Of a DNA stretch of 43,183 nt, positions 1-9,072 are shown piece after piece (position 1 is the stretch's first letter; each line of letters begins with the position of its first letter). The translations under genes were made by a program, and so were the position numbers. Under the pieces are notes generated by a model. The model made no database searches. It was not told where the DNA came from and saw only the letters and a program-made list of their open reading frames with translations. Source of the stretch: Candidatus Yonathbacteria bacterium (GTDB lineage Bacteria; Patescibacteriota; Minisyncoccia; Phycocordibacterales; UBA1550); NCBI GenBank assembly GCA_003483855.1, contig DMXP01000008.1, forward strand, positions 17,903 to 61,085, written 5' to 3'.

Positions 1-220
1 TTAAAAAGGCCGGGGCTTTTTTGTGGCGGAGGTGGAGAGATTTGGTCACGAATCACTAAATATTTTGTATCGATTACTCACAAAATATAAAGTGTTCGCT
101 ACCCCTGCTCGTCGATTCACTCGCGGTACTCGTGTCGTCTGCGCCCTTCAAATCTTCCCCCCCCGTACACAAGACGCCAAACCCAGATGCCTATGGAAAC
201 GGCATCAGGGTTGGTCGTTG
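1..220 (-). mobile_element. tRNA-3'-associated non-coding element (copy at tRNA-Ser)
   Basis: Read on the minus strand after the tRNA: hairpin; degenerate inverted copy of the tRNA T-arm/acceptor (147-165); core hairpin ending TTAGTGATTCGTGACC; direct copy CAAATCTCTCCACCTCCGCCA (24-44); A-run/T-run hairpin. Same layout and core motifs as 33762-33987. Confidence 0.7.
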
Positions 221-307
221 CGGAGGCGGAGAGATTTGAACTCTCGAACGGGTTACCCCGTTGCCACCTTTCCAAGGTGGTGCACTAGACCGCTATGCGA
301 CGCCTCC
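221..307 (-). tRNA. tRNA-Ser(GGA)
   Basis: Reverse complement GGAGGCG...CGCCTCCG acceptor, anticodon arm CCACC-TTGGAAA-GGTGG, long variable arm ACGGG-GTAA-CCCGT, T-loop TTCAAAT; CCA not encoded. Confidence 0.96.
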
Positions 308-347
308 AGATTTTTTTCAAGAGCAAAGCGATTGTTTAAAAATCCCA

Positions 348-372
348 GTGCCCTAGATTTATCGTGGCCTCC
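348..372 (-). repeat. Degenerate copy of the tRNA-Ser 5' part, starting 65 bp upstream of the gene
   Basis: GGAGGCcaCG-ATAaa--TCTAGgGCAC versus the tRNA GGAGGCGTCGCATAGCGGTCTAGTGCAC. Confidence 0.6.
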
Positions 373-460
373 CTAGAACAAATTTAGCGTGTTTGTTCGG
401 GCGAGCAATTTGTTAAGCAAATTACTTTAGCCTGTGAAGGTACTTTAGCAAAAATGAGCA

Positions 461-514
461 TAAACAGCAAAGCTTCCCATACTCTCTAGAGAGTATGGGA
501 AGTTTTGCTGTTTA
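461..514 (-). terminator. 54-bp near-perfect palindrome over the stop codon of ORF 512-781; likely terminator
   Basis: taaacagcaaagcttcccatactctct|agagagtatgggaagttttgctgttta, one mismatch. Confidence 0.65.
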
Positions 515-781
515 TGCCGCCTTCCTTATTTGTTCGCTTATGTCGTTCGCTGCTTTTTGATCTCGCGCTATTCTTGCTATCGTATCCTCTCTAGTAATTG
601 CTTTTTGATCCGCTGAACTTAGGTTTCGCCTTTCGCTGAAATCGTAACTTTCATTTATTTTTTCATTAGCAGCTTCTACTGCTCTTGCTTGAAGATTTCG
701 CTCTCTTATTTTTTGAATTTCTGCTTCATCAGCTGCAATTTGCTCTGGAGTCATTTGAGGTGGAATTTCTATATTATTCAT
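512..781 (-). CDS. Hypothetical protein, helical/charged, 89 aa
   Basis: ATG ORF with protein-like composition, followed by a hairpin; no recognised motif. Confidence 0.7.
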   Translation of the reverse strand: MNNIEIPPQMTPEQIAADEAEIQKIRERNLQARAVEAANEKINESYDFSERRNLSSADQKAITREDTIARIARDQKAANDISEQIRKAA

Positions 782-854
782 GATTGTTCTATTATATCAA
801 CCGTTATTATTTATTTCTAATGTTTTATGTATTATATCAAATTTATAGATTTTG

Positions 855-1463
855 TCAACTTTTGCAAAGGTCCAGTTCCCATAATCCTTTTTGGGAATCG
901 CGCGCGCCTTTTTCCGCATTTTTGAATTCTGTCTGGTATTTGTATGGCCGGCGATATGTGTATTCGTGACCGTAGCCTTCGGAAATAATTTTTTGATTTA
1001 CTAGTATGTCATCCGCAAGAAATACATAGCGAAGTAGTCGCCCATATCTATCACGGTCATCCTGCGAGGCGTCTGCCTCTAGGCGAACAAATTTGCTCTC
1101 AAGTAAGGATTTCGTAAACGTGCTCGCTTCTTCGCCGAAGCACTGCGCAGAACCGCGAGGATCAAAAATTTCTGGAGTATCAACTCCAATCAGGCGAACT
1201 TTTTCTTGTCCGCCATTTATTAAAACTACAATCGTGTCGCCATCTACAACGCGAACTACACGTGTTTCTGGTAGTACGGTAGGACGCGTTTTTGTGGCAA
1301 TTATTAATGCGGATGATTTTTCGGGAACTGCAAAATCTTCTGCATTAGTATCAAAAAAACCATCTTGTACTGCAAGCGCTAAAAATATCACGATAAGCCC
1401 TGTAATTAGTCGCTTTTGCACCCCGTACGAAGTTTGATTGTTTAAATTCCACATGTCTTTCAT
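855..1463 (-). CDS. Thermonuclease (staphylococcal nuclease-like), membrane-anchored
   Basis: VVRVVDGDTI, VRLIGVDTPE and DRYGRLLRYV motifs; N-terminal TM helix. Confidence 0.95.
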   Translation of the reverse strand: MKDMWNLNNQTSYGVQKRLITGLIVIFLALAVQDGFFDTNAEDFAVPEKSSALIIATKTRPTVLPETRVVRVVDGDTIVVLINGGQEKVRLIGVDTPEIFDPRGSAQCFGEEASTFTKSLLESKFVRLEADASQDDRDRYGRLLRYVFLADDILVNQKIISEGYGHEYTYRRPYKYQTEFKNAEKGARDSQKGLWELDLCKS

Positions 1464-1507
1464 AACCTATTGTTTGTCCATATTTTATCGAATAAAACAG
1501 AGAAACT

Positions 1508-1900
1508 TCTAACGGGGCGAGTCCCTTTATTAGCGACGTAGAGTGAGAGGAATAGGAAAGTAATCTTTTTCATTCCCGAGCACGACACGTAAGTCATTCT
1601 GCTGAATGAGGAGCTAATATATGGAGTACCATATATTCTGCACTCGCTCGGAATAATAAAAGATTACTTTTATTATTCGCTCACTCGTTTGAATATAGGT
1701 CAATACCGCGTGGTCTCAGCGTCCAAGAGTCTGCGGCCAAGCCGTGAATTTACTAATTCAGAATTTGCTAATTCAGCCACGCGTTTGTACGAATACTCCA
1801 AGAGTCATTCTGCTGAATGAGAAGCGAGTTCCAAGTATCTTTGGTTCAAGACCCGAATCTGCTGATTCGCCTGCGGTCTCTGCCGCAGGGGCCTATATTT
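1508..1900. repeat. Dense structured intergenic region; candidate ncRNA or composite of palindromic repeats
   Basis: ~41-bp inverted repeat 1541-1581/1646-1686; 19-bp direct repeat 1592-1610/1803-1821; closing stem aatataggtc (1692-1701)/ggcctatatt (1890-1899); several GAAT-N6-ATTC palindromes. Confidence 0.55.
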
Positions 1901-1958
1901 AGTATACAGCCTATGGCCTCTTGCAAAAAGTTGGCTCATCTGGTAAAGTGCATCCATT

Positions 1959-2180
1959 ATGAAGAAAGAAATCCACCCAGCGTATCATCAGGAATCAGCA
2001 GTTGCCTGCTCGTGTGGCGAGAAATTCGTTGTTGGTTCAACTATGCCAAAAATTGACGTTGAAATCTGTAGTTCATGCCACCCATTCTTTACAGGCGAGG
2101 AAAAAGTTCTTGATCAAGGCGGACGTGTAGAACGTTTCAAGAAGCGCGCGTCAGCAACAGCTCCAACAAAAAAGAAATAA
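1959..2180 (+). CDS. rpmE: 50S ribosomal protein L31 (Zn-binding type)
   Basis: [32 protein letters not shown]. Confidence 0.98.
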   Translation: MKKEIHPAYHQESAVACSCGEKFVVGSTMPKIDVEICSSCHPFFTGEEKVLDQGGRVERFKKRASATAPTKKK

Positions 2181-2187
2181 CGAAGTT

Positions 2188-2228
2188 AAAGCAACACAGA
2201 ATTTTCTTCTGTGTTGCTTTTTCTTTTG
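2188..2228 (+). terminator. Intrinsic terminator after rpmE
   Basis: aaagcaacacagaa/ttctgtgttgcttt stem followed by a T tract. Confidence 0.8.
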
Positions 2229-2258
2229 CATCATTAAAGTCGTGCTAAACTAATCATC

Positions 2259-3227
2259 ATGGACCTCGAAACATTCAAAAAAAATCACAAAACAAAATAT
2301 CTCGCGGACGAATACGAGCGACTTTTGTCTGCCGAAGCAGAGGTGGACGCGATGATAGAAGCAGATCCGGAGTTTGCAGAAATGGGAGCAGGGGAGCTAG
2401 TGATGCTTCGCGCGCAGATTGAGGCGCTAGAAAAACAAATGACGGAAATTATTGATGGTGACAAGGAAGAGGAGGTAAAACCAAAAGAAATTATTTTGGA
2501 AGTGCGCGCAGGCGCGGGCGGGGAGGAAGCGGCGATTTTTGCGCAGGATCTAGCAATGATGTACGAACGTTTCGCGGAAAAGAAAGGATGGGAATTTAAA
2601 AAACTCGATGAGTCTCCGAGCGAGATGGGCGGATACAAAGAAGCGTCATTTGAAATCAAAAGCAAGGACGCATACGATATGCTCCGCTGGGAAACTGGCG
2701 TGCATCGTGTGCAACGTATTCCAGCAACGGAAAAATCTGGACGAATTCACACCTCCACAGCATCAGTCGTAGTACTTCCAATTTATCCAGTTACAACTTT
2801 TACAATCAATCCTGCAGATTTGGAAATGGAGTTTTCGCGCTCAGGTGGAGCTGGCGGGCAGAACGTGAACAAGGTTGAAACAGCGGTACGTATCATTCAC
2901 AAGCCTACCGGCCTCGCGGTTCGTTGTACGAGCGAGCGAAGCCAAGTGAAAAATCGCGAGAAGGCGATGTCAATGCTTACGGCGCGCCTAGAGGATATTG
3001 ACCGCGCAAAAAAAGAAAGTGATGTTTCAGCAGACCGCAAGGGGCAGATTGGCACAGGCGACCGCTCGGAAAAAATTCGCACCTATAACATTCTCCAGGA
3101 CCGCATTACCGACCACCGTATCAAGCAGTCGTGGAGCAACCTAGAAAAGATTTTCCTCGGCAACATTGAGCCCATTCTGGAAGCCTGCGCAAAGGGGACA
3201 GTGGGGGAGGAGGAAGATGGGGAATAA
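2259..3227 (+). CDS. prfA: Peptide chain release factor 1 (short N-terminus)
   Basis: GGQ motif ([10 protein letters not shown]), RF1-type PAT tripeptide, [11 protein letters not shown]; adjacent to rpmE. Confidence 0.96.
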   Translation: MDLETFKKNHKTKYLADEYERLLSAEAEVDAMIEADPEFAEMGAGELVMLRAQIEALEKQMTEIIDGDKEEEVKPKEIILEVRAGAGGEEAAIFAQDLAMMYERFAEKKGWEFKKLDESPSEMGGYKEASFEIKSKDAYDMLRWETGVHRVQRIPATEKSGRIHTSTASVVVLPIYPVTTFTINPADLEMEFSRSGGAGGQNVNKVETAVRIIHKPTGLAVRCTSERSQVKNREKAMSMLTARLEDIDRAKKESDVSADRKGQIGTGDRSEKIRTYNILQDRITDHRIKQSWSNLEKIFLGNIEPILEACAKGTVGEEEDGE

Positions 3228-3357
3228 AGGCTTGATTGCCTTGCTTTTTTGGTCATCGTTTGGTAGGATAATCACTTACAACAAGGAATAAGAAGATAAG
3301 GTCATGAGTGTCTTCTTGCGCTTTTTAAATAATAATAACCTGGCTAACCAATAATAT

Positions 3358-4056
3358 ATGACAAAAACAGTAGAGAACAAGGAGCTTATTACCGAAATGT
3401 TTGCCGCAGGGGCGCATTTCGGCTATTCACGTTCACGCCGTCACCCGTCAGCAAAGGCATTCATTTTCGGTACCAAAAACGGTATTGAAATTATGGACCT
3501 TGAGAAAACAAGCGTTGAGCTTGAGAATGCGAAGGCATTTGTAAAGACACTCGCAAAAGGCGGAAAGCAAATTCTTTTTGTAGGAACAAAGAGCGAATCA
3601 AAAAAGGTTGTTGAAGACGGAGCTTCGTCTATTGACATGCCATTCGTTGCGGAGCGTTGGGTAGGTGGTGTTCTCACAAACTTCCCTGAGATAAAGAAGC
3701 GCGTAGCCCTTCTTGAGGACCTTCGTTCAAAGAAGGAAAAAGGCGAGCTCGCTATGTACACAAAAAAGGAGCGTTCACTTATTGATAAAGACATAGAGCG
3801 TCTTGAAAGAAATTTTGCCGGCATCGTTTCAATGAAGGATACTCCTGCTGCAATGTTTGTTGTTGACCCTCGCAAAGAATCAATTGCTGTCAAGGAAGCG
3901 AAGCACCTCGGTATCCCCGTTGTTGCGCTCGCGAGCTCGGATTGCAATATTAAAGAAATTGATTTCCCAATCCCAGGAAACGACTCATCAGTTTCAAGCG
4001 TAAGCTTCTTTGTTTCTCAAATCGTTGTCGCCTTCAAAGAAGGTCGCAACGCGTAG
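3358..4056 (+). CDS. rpsB: 30S ribosomal protein S2
   Basis: AGAHFG, ILFVGTK, RWVGGVLTN, IPGND. Confidence 0.98.
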   Translation: MTKTVENKELITEMFAAGAHFGYSRSRRHPSAKAFIFGTKNGIEIMDLEKTSVELENAKAFVKTLAKGGKQILFVGTKSESKKVVEDGASSIDMPFVAERWVGGVLTNFPEIKKRVALLEDLRSKKEKGELAMYTKKERSLIDKDIERLERNFAGIVSMKDTPAAMFVVDPRKESIAVKEAKHLGIPVVALASSDCNIKEIDFPIPGNDSSVSSVSFFVSQIVVAFKEGRNA

Positions 4057-4108
4057 TGTTTTGTATTTCTGAATCATTCTATATTCCACATTCAATATTC
4101 TATCCAAT

Positions 4109-4699
4109 ATGATTACCACAGAACAAATTAAGGAATTGCGCGAATTAACAGGAATTTCTGTTATGCAATGCAAGAAGGCTCTTGAGGAGGCAGAAGGAGA
4201 CAAGGAAAAAGCTCTGCTAATTCTTAGGAAAAAAAGTAGCTCCATCGCAGAAAAGAAAGGCGATCGCGAGCTTGGCGCTGGAGTTGTTGAGGCCTACATT
4301 CACAGCAACAAAACTGTTGGCGCGATGATTGAGCTTTCCTGCGAGACAGATTTTGTTGCGCGCAATGAAGAGTTTGTTACAATGGCTCGCGATATTGCAA
4401 TGCATATCACCGCAACGAACCCAGAGTACTTGGACGAGTCAGAGATTACAGAGGAAGTGCGCGCGAAAGTGATAGATATGTTCAAAAAAGAAGTTGAAGA
4501 GTCTGGCAAGCCCGCGGACATTCAGGCAAAGATGATGGAAGGCAAACTCGCTGGATATTTTGGCGAGCGCACGCTTCTTGCTCAGCCGTTTGTAAAGAAT
4601 CCGGACATCACAATAAAGGGTCTTATAGACGGTGGTGTGCAGAAGTTTGGCGAAAAGCTTGCCGTGTCGCGTTTTTCTCGCTTTGCTGTGGCGAAGTAG
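4109..4699 (+). CDS. tsf: Elongation factor Ts (short form)
   Basis: IKELRELTG..MQCKKAL, ELSCETDFVA; follows rpsB. Confidence 0.97.
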   Translation: MITTEQIKELRELTGISVMQCKKALEEAEGDKEKALLILRKKSSSIAEKKGDRELGAGVVEAYIHSNKTVGAMIELSCETDFVARNEEFVTMARDIAMHITATNPEYLDESEITEEVRAKVIDMFKKEVEESGKPADIQAKMMEGKLAGYFGERTLLAQPFVKNPDITIKGLIDGGVQKFGEKLAVSRFSRFAVAK

Positions 4700-4712
4700 A
4701 GCGCGAAGCGCT

Positions 4713-4812
4713 ACAATTGACAAGTGACCCCGCCTACGCGGACAGGTGACTTGGGGAATTTTCGCGGAGCGAAAATTCCACGTCAAATGTCAGTGGTCAA
4801 TTGTTAAATGTT
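4713..4812. repeat. Nested hairpin element with ACAATTGAC/GTCAATTGT outer arms and a heptamer tail
   Basis: acaattgac (4713) ... gtcaattgt (4796); inner ggaattttcgc/gcgaaaattcc stem; related element at 5219-5313. Confidence 0.6.
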
Positions 4813-4818
4813 CATACC

Positions 4819-5214
4819 ATGATTGTCATCATTACATTATTTTACCTTTCTCTCGCAATCGTAATCGGAATGGTTTCGTGGAAGCTCATTACATTGCGAA
4901 ATCTAAAGCTTTCGCTGGTAGAAGGCGTTGAAAAGGAACTTCACGGCAAGCTTTACGAAACAATTCATAACGCGTGGTATGTGTTTCGCGTAGTGGTGCT
5001 TGCTCGTATTCGCAAGTTTGCTCTCGCGCTATTTTACACAACAGCGCATGAGGTTCTGCGTTTTACAGAGCTAGTTGGACAGAAGCTCAAGGAACGACAC
5101 GGCAAGTGGTTTGATATGGTGAAGGGTAAGGGTGTAATAAGAAAAAAGGGTTCGGTTTCCTTTTTTCTGCGAGATGTGGCAGAATACAAAAAGTCATTAG
5201 CAAGGGACAATTAA
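4819..5214 (+). CDS. Hypothetical membrane protein (N-terminal TM)
   Basis: ATG at 4819 precedes the hydrophobic segment; basic C-terminus. Confidence 0.8.
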   Translation: MIVIITLFYLSLAIVIGMVSWKLITLRNLKLSLVEGVEKELHGKLYETIHNAWYVFRVVVLARIRKFALALFYTTAHEVLRFTELVGQKLKERHGKWFDMVKGKGVIRKKGSVSFFLRDVAEYKKSLARDN

Positions 5215-5218
5215 CCTT

Positions 5219-5313
5219 TGACAATTGACCAAAAACAAAATACGATAGCATTCAGTTTGACTTCGGCAAACTGAATGCACCCGTCAATTGTCACATGTTA
5301 ATGGTCAAATGTT
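5219..5313. repeat. Nested hairpin element, relative of 4713-4812
   Basis: tgacaattgac (5219-5229)/gtcaattgtca (5283-5293); inner gcattcagtttg/caaactgaatgc stem; ends gtcaaatgtt. Confidence 0.6.
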
Positions 5314-5321
5314 CCGAATAC

Positions 5322-5397
5322 GCCAGAATAGCTCAGTTGGTAGAGCAATTGTTTTGTAAACAATAGGTCGTCGGTTCGATCCCGACTTCTGGCTCCA
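5322..5397 (+). tRNA. tRNA-Thr(TGT)
   Basis: GCCAGAA...TTCTGGC-T-CCA, anticodon arm ATTGT-TTTGTAA-ACAAT, T-loop GGTTCGATCCC; CCA encoded. Confidence 0.97.
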
Positions 5398-5399
5398 AA

Positions 5400-5813
5400 A
5401 TGCAATCATTGCGTCTTTCAAAAAAGAAGAAGGGAGATGTTGCGGAGCTCGCGGTTGCTGCACATTGTGTCAAAAATGGTTATCAGGTTTTATTTCCATA
5501 TGGAGAAGATTCGCGATATGACTTTGTCATTGAAAGAGGCGGAATGTTTAAACGCATTCAAGTGAAATATGTGACACCAAAGGACGGCGCGCTTGAAGTA
5601 AGTTGCCGAAGTAGCAATAACTGGTCTGTGCGCGCTTATTCAATTGATGAGATTGATATTATAGGAGTCTATGATTCAGTCAGCGAGGAAGTTTATTTTA
5701 TAGATGCTAAAATTATCGGTAAACGCAGTATTAAGTTGCGTTTGTCTAAATCAAAAAACAATCAACTAAAAGGTGTTCGTCTTGCTGAGGATTATTTGAC
5801 TATCCCTTTTTAG
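5400..5813 (+). CDS. PD-(D/E)XK endonuclease of the I-Ssp6803I/PDDEXK_5 type
   Basis: KGDVAE, GYQVLFPYGEDSRYDFVIE, RIQVK and Y...EIDIIGVY match my recollection of this family. Confidence 0.85.
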   Translation: MQSLRLSKKKKGDVAELAVAAHCVKNGYQVLFPYGEDSRYDFVIERGGMFKRIQVKYVTPKDGALEVSCRSSNNWSVRAYSIDEIDIIGVYDSVSEEVYFIDAKIIGKRSIKLRLSKSKNNQLKGVRLAEDYLTIPF

Positions 5814-5863
5814 TTTTAACGACGGTTTTTGTTTTTGGGATTTTCGTGTAAACTGAAGGAATT

Positions 5864-6601
5864 ATGGAGGAAACCAAAGAGAATATAGGTCATATTCACC
5901 CACTCACGCGAACGATGGACGAAATAGTGCGTATCTTTGCGGAGCTTGGTTTTGAGATTGCTCTTGGGCCAGAGATAGAGACCGAGCACTACAACTTTGA
6001 CGCTCTCAATGTGCCAAAGGATCATCCAGCGCGCGATATGCAGGATACTTTCTGGATTAAAGGTGTAAGGGAGACTGTGCTACGCACGCATACATCGCCA
6101 GTTCAGATTCGTTATATGGAAAATCATGAGCCACCGCTCCGTATTGTTGTGCCTGGAAAAGTGTTTCGCTATGAAGCAACCGACGCGACTCACGAGACTC
6201 AATTTCACCAAGTTGAAGGGCTGGTGGTTGGGGAGAATATTACGATGGCTGGACTCAAAGGAACACTTGAATCATTTTTCAAAAAACTTTTTGGGGATGA
6301 TATTAAAATTCGTATGCGTCCAAGTTTCTTTCCATTTGTGGAGCCGGGCGTTGAAATTGATATTTCTTGTTTTCTTTGCAAAGGCGAAGGGTGTAATGTG
6401 TGCAAGCGTAGCGGATGGATAGAGGTGATGGGTGGAGGCATGGTACATCCAAATGTTTTACATGCAAGCGGTATTGACCCACGCAAGTACGGTGGCTTTG
6501 CTTTTGGCATGGGCGTAGATAGACTCGTTATGAGTAAGTATGGCATAGAAGATGTTCGTCTTTTGTACGCAGGGGACATTCGTCTCGTAAATCAATTTTA
6601 A
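5864..6601 (+). CDS. pheS: Phenylalanine-tRNA ligase alpha subunit (lacks N-terminal coiled coil)
   Basis: [46 protein letters not shown]. Confidence 0.98.
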   Translation: MEETKENIGHIHPLTRTMDEIVRIFAELGFEIALGPEIETEHYNFDALNVPKDHPARDMQDTFWIKGVRETVLRTHTSPVQIRYMENHEPPLRIVVPGKVFRYEATDATHETQFHQVEGLVVGENITMAGLKGTLESFFKKLFGDDIKIRMRPSFFPFVEPGVEIDISCFLCKGEGCNVCKRSGWIEVMGGGMVHPNVLHASGIDPRKYGGFAFGMGVDRLVMSKYGIEDVRLLYAGDIRLVNQF

Positions 6602-6602
6602 T

Positions 6603-9017
6603 ATGAATATCCCAGTCTCGTACAAAACACTCACTCGTTATCTTGATGGCATCCCGAATCCTGAAAAAATTTCGGAGGTCTTTCTTGAACATATTTGCGA
6701 GGTTGAGGGCGTTGAAAATAAAGATGATGACACAATTTTTGAATTGAAAGTAACTCCAGACCGAGGGCACCTGCTCTCGTACATTGGACTCGCGCGCGAA
6801 GTCGCTGTGTTTAGCGATGCAAAACTAAAAACATTTTCCCTTAAAGTTTCTACGTCTGAGATTAAATCTAAATTAAATGTAGAGATACGTGAGCCCAAGG
6901 CGTGCTTGAGATATGTCGGCCGTGTAATAGAAGGTGTCGATAGCAGAGAGTCCCCGTCGTGGCTCAAGGAGGCTCTGGAGGCCGTAGGACAGCGAAGTAT
7001 AAATACAATCGTGGATGTGACGAACTTTGTGATGCTTGAGCTCGGGCAACCAATGCACGCATTTGATGCCGATAAACTTTCGCGAGGAACAGATGGAGAA
7101 TTAAAAATTATTGTTCGTAATGCGGACAAAGGAGAAAAAATAGAAACTCTTGATGGTAAAGATATTTCGCTTCCTGAAGGCGTTGCGGTAATTGCTGACA
7201 CTGTCCGCGCGCTTGCTATTGCTGGTGTGAAGGGAGGCGCGCATGCGGGCGTTGGCGAAAAAGTAAACACTATCGTGCTAGAGTCCGCAACTTTTGGTTC
7301 GGCGCTCGTGCGCAAAGCGTCCGCTTCTGTAAACATCCGCACGGACTCATCTCGTCGTTTTGAGCATAACCGCGCGCCAGAGATTGCGCCCATCGCAATG
7401 GAGCGCGCCACAGAGGTTCTTTTAGAAATTTTTCCAAACGCGAAAGTTGGGGAGATTGTGGATGTGTACCCGCGACCGGCAAATCCGTATCGCGTGAGCA
7501 TGTCTCCAAACGATATCGCTCGCACCCTTGGTATTTCATATTCAGAAAAGGATCTCGCGCGCGACCTTGAGCGGCTAGGCTTTGAATACGAGAAAATTGA
7601 AAATCCCGCAGAAAAAATCGCGCTTCGCGCAAAGGAATTAGTCGGCACGCCATATTTTTATGGCGCTAGCGTGCGTTTTGACGCGCCAAACAAATTTGAT
7701 TGTTCTGGGTTCGCCACGTATCTATATCTGGAAGCAGGAATAAAAATCCCACGCATATCGGTGGATCAATATGTATTTGGAGAAGAAGTGTCGCTTGACG
7801 CGCTGCAGACTGGAGACCTTATTTTTTCGCGAGGCGCTCCAATCGACATTGCGCCACGTGATTTTGCAAAATCAGAAGGCAGAGAGATATATCACGAGAG
7901 CATTGAATGGATGAAGGGAACAAAAGTACCCGAGCAGGGGATAGACCACGTAGGCGTGTATATCGGCGACGGAATGATAGCGCACGCCTCACGCTACAAC
8001 AAAAGCGTTGGCGAAGACGGCGGGGTGCTTATAGAAAACTTGGCTCTCAGCCCTCGTTTCAAAAATATCACAGGCTCGAGACGAATTTCCGAAATCAATG
8101 AAGAGCGATTTTCTGTAACTGCGCCAGCTGAGCGTTTTGATATTCGTATTCCAGCGGATATCGCAGAAGAGGTTGTGCGTCTGATGGGATATGAAAAAAT
8201 CCCTGTCGCAAAACTCACCGACGATGGTTTTGTTCCAGTTTACAACGATGTCTATGATGCGATGCAACGCGCCCGCAACACTCTTGCGTCACTCGGGTTT
8301 TCTGAGATTTTTACCTATGCGTTTCGTAGGGAAGGGAAGGTTGAACTTGCAAATCCTATGGTGGAAGGAGTTAATTTTCTCCGTGATAATCTAACAGACG
8401 GAATGAGCGAGGCTCTCGTATTCAATGCCCGCAACGCCCCGCTTCTCGGTGTGGATATGGTTTTGATGTTTGAAATCGGCACTGTATTTTTTGCGCCAGA
8501 AAAGGAATCCATACACATTTCTGTTGGCGCAAATGTTACAAAAAATATGAAGCAGTCTGCAAAAGAGGAAATGGAGCGCAAAATTTTACATCAAGCGCGT
8601 AAAGCAGTTGAAGAAGCTCTCGGTACTGAAGTTTCTTGGGGCGAAGAGGGGAATGTGTGGGAATGCCAACTTCCTGTGTGCAAAACTGCCAACGGAAAAT
8701 ATGAACCGCTAATTTCATCATCAGCAGACGCCTCATACAAGAGAATTTCCGCATATCCGTTTGTGCTTCGCGATATCGCAATGTGGGCACCTGCAAATGT
8801 AACAAAAGATGAAATTGTTAAAATCATTAGAGAGGAGGGGACTGAGCTTCTCGTTCGCGACAGGCTCTTTGATGTGTTTACAAAAAACTCAAAAACTTCC
8901 TATGCATTTAATCTCGTGTTCCAGTCGCATGAACGCACTCTTTCAGACGCGGAAGTAAACGAAGTGATGTCGCGCATCACCACAAAACTTCTGGCAAAAG
9001 ACCTAGAGGTACGATAG
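6603..9017 (+). CDS. pheT: Phenylalanine-tRNA ligase beta subunit with an in-frame NlpC/P60 domain insertion
   Basis: TPDRGHLLSYIGLARE, B3/4 motifs (VDVTNFVMLELGQPMHAFD), RFDI...DIAEEVVRLMGY, C-terminal FDX-ACB (RTLSDAEV); no B2 OB-fold; residues ~333-500 are foreign to PheT. Confidence 0.96.
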   Translation: MNIPVSYKTLTRYLDGIPNPEKISEVFLEHICEVEGVENKDDDTIFELKVTPDRGHLLSYIGLAREVAVFSDAKLKTFSLKVSTSEIKSKLNVEIREPKACLRYVGRVIEGVDSRESPSWLKEALEAVGQRSINTIVDVTNFVMLELGQPMHAFDADKLSRGTDGELKIIVRNADKGEKIETLDGKDISLPEGVAVIADTVRALAIAGVKGGAHAGVGEKVNTIVLESATFGSALVRKASASVNIRTDSSRRFEHNRAPEIAPIAMERATEVLLEIFPNAKVGEIVDVYPRPANPYRVSMSPNDIARTLGISYSEKDLARDLERLGFEYEKIENPAEKIALRAKELVGTPYFYGASVRFDAPNKFDCSGFATYLYLEAGIKIPRISVDQYVFGEEVSLDALQTGDLIFSRGAPIDIAPRDFAKSEGREIYHESIEWMKGTKVPEQGIDHVGVYIGDGMIAHASRYNKSVGEDGGVLIENLALSPRFKNITGSRRISEINEERFSVTAPAERFDIRIPADIAEEVVRLMGYEKIPVAKLTDDGFVPVYNDVYDAMQRARNTLASLGFSEIFTYAFRREGKVELANPMVEGVNFLRDNLTDGMSEALVFNARNAPLLGVDMVLMFEIGTVFFAPEKESIHISVGANVTKNMKQSAKEEMERKILHQARKAVEEALGTEVSWGEEGNVWECQLPVCKTANGKYEPLISSSADASYKRISAYPFVLRDIAMWAPANVTKDEIVKIIREEGTELLVRDRLFDVFTKNSKTSYAFNLVFQSHERTLSDAEVNEVMSRITTKLLAKDLEVR
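7599..8102 (+). other. NlpC/P60 cysteine-peptidase domain inside PheT B5
   Basis: A..LVGTPYFYG, FDCSGF (Cys367, codon at 7701), IPRISVDQ, LQTGDLIF, DHVGVYIGDGMIAHAS (His449, His461). Confidence 0.92.
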
Positions 9018-9020
9018 CCC

Positions 9021-9062
9021 ATTCGTAACAATAGAACGCTATCGCGTTCTATTGTTACGAAT
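9021..9062. repeat. 19-bp perfect inverted repeat between pheT and the C39 gene
   Basis: attcgtaacaatagaacgc-tatc-gcgttctattgttacgaat; no long T tract. Confidence 0.8.
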
Positions 9063-9072
9063 TTAAAATATT

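Noticed and set aside
23-376. 117-aa ORF
   Set aside because: Antisense to tRNA-Ser and its structured flank; no protein-like motif.
1508-1900. tmRNA, RNase P RNA or SRP RNA
   Set aside because: No tRNA-like ends, no GAGGAAAGTCC and no SRP loop motif seen on either strand.
2259-3227. prfB with a programmed frameshift, or genetic code 25
   Set aside because: The PAT motif indicates RF1 and the ORF is continuous. TGA terminates genes (e.g. 27857, 14729) and long ORFs are intact under code 11.
6638-7648. Long antisense ORFs (also 9687-10373, 14838-15431, 36641-37369, 3441-3947)
   Set aside because: Shadows of conserved genes on the opposite strand, with no motifs.
7599-8102. Intein in PheT (dnaE and gyrB also checked)
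   Set aside because: No Cys/Ser start with His-Asn end and no LAGLIDADG blocks. The PheT insert is NlpC/P60-like and the GyrB insert is a short acidic loop.
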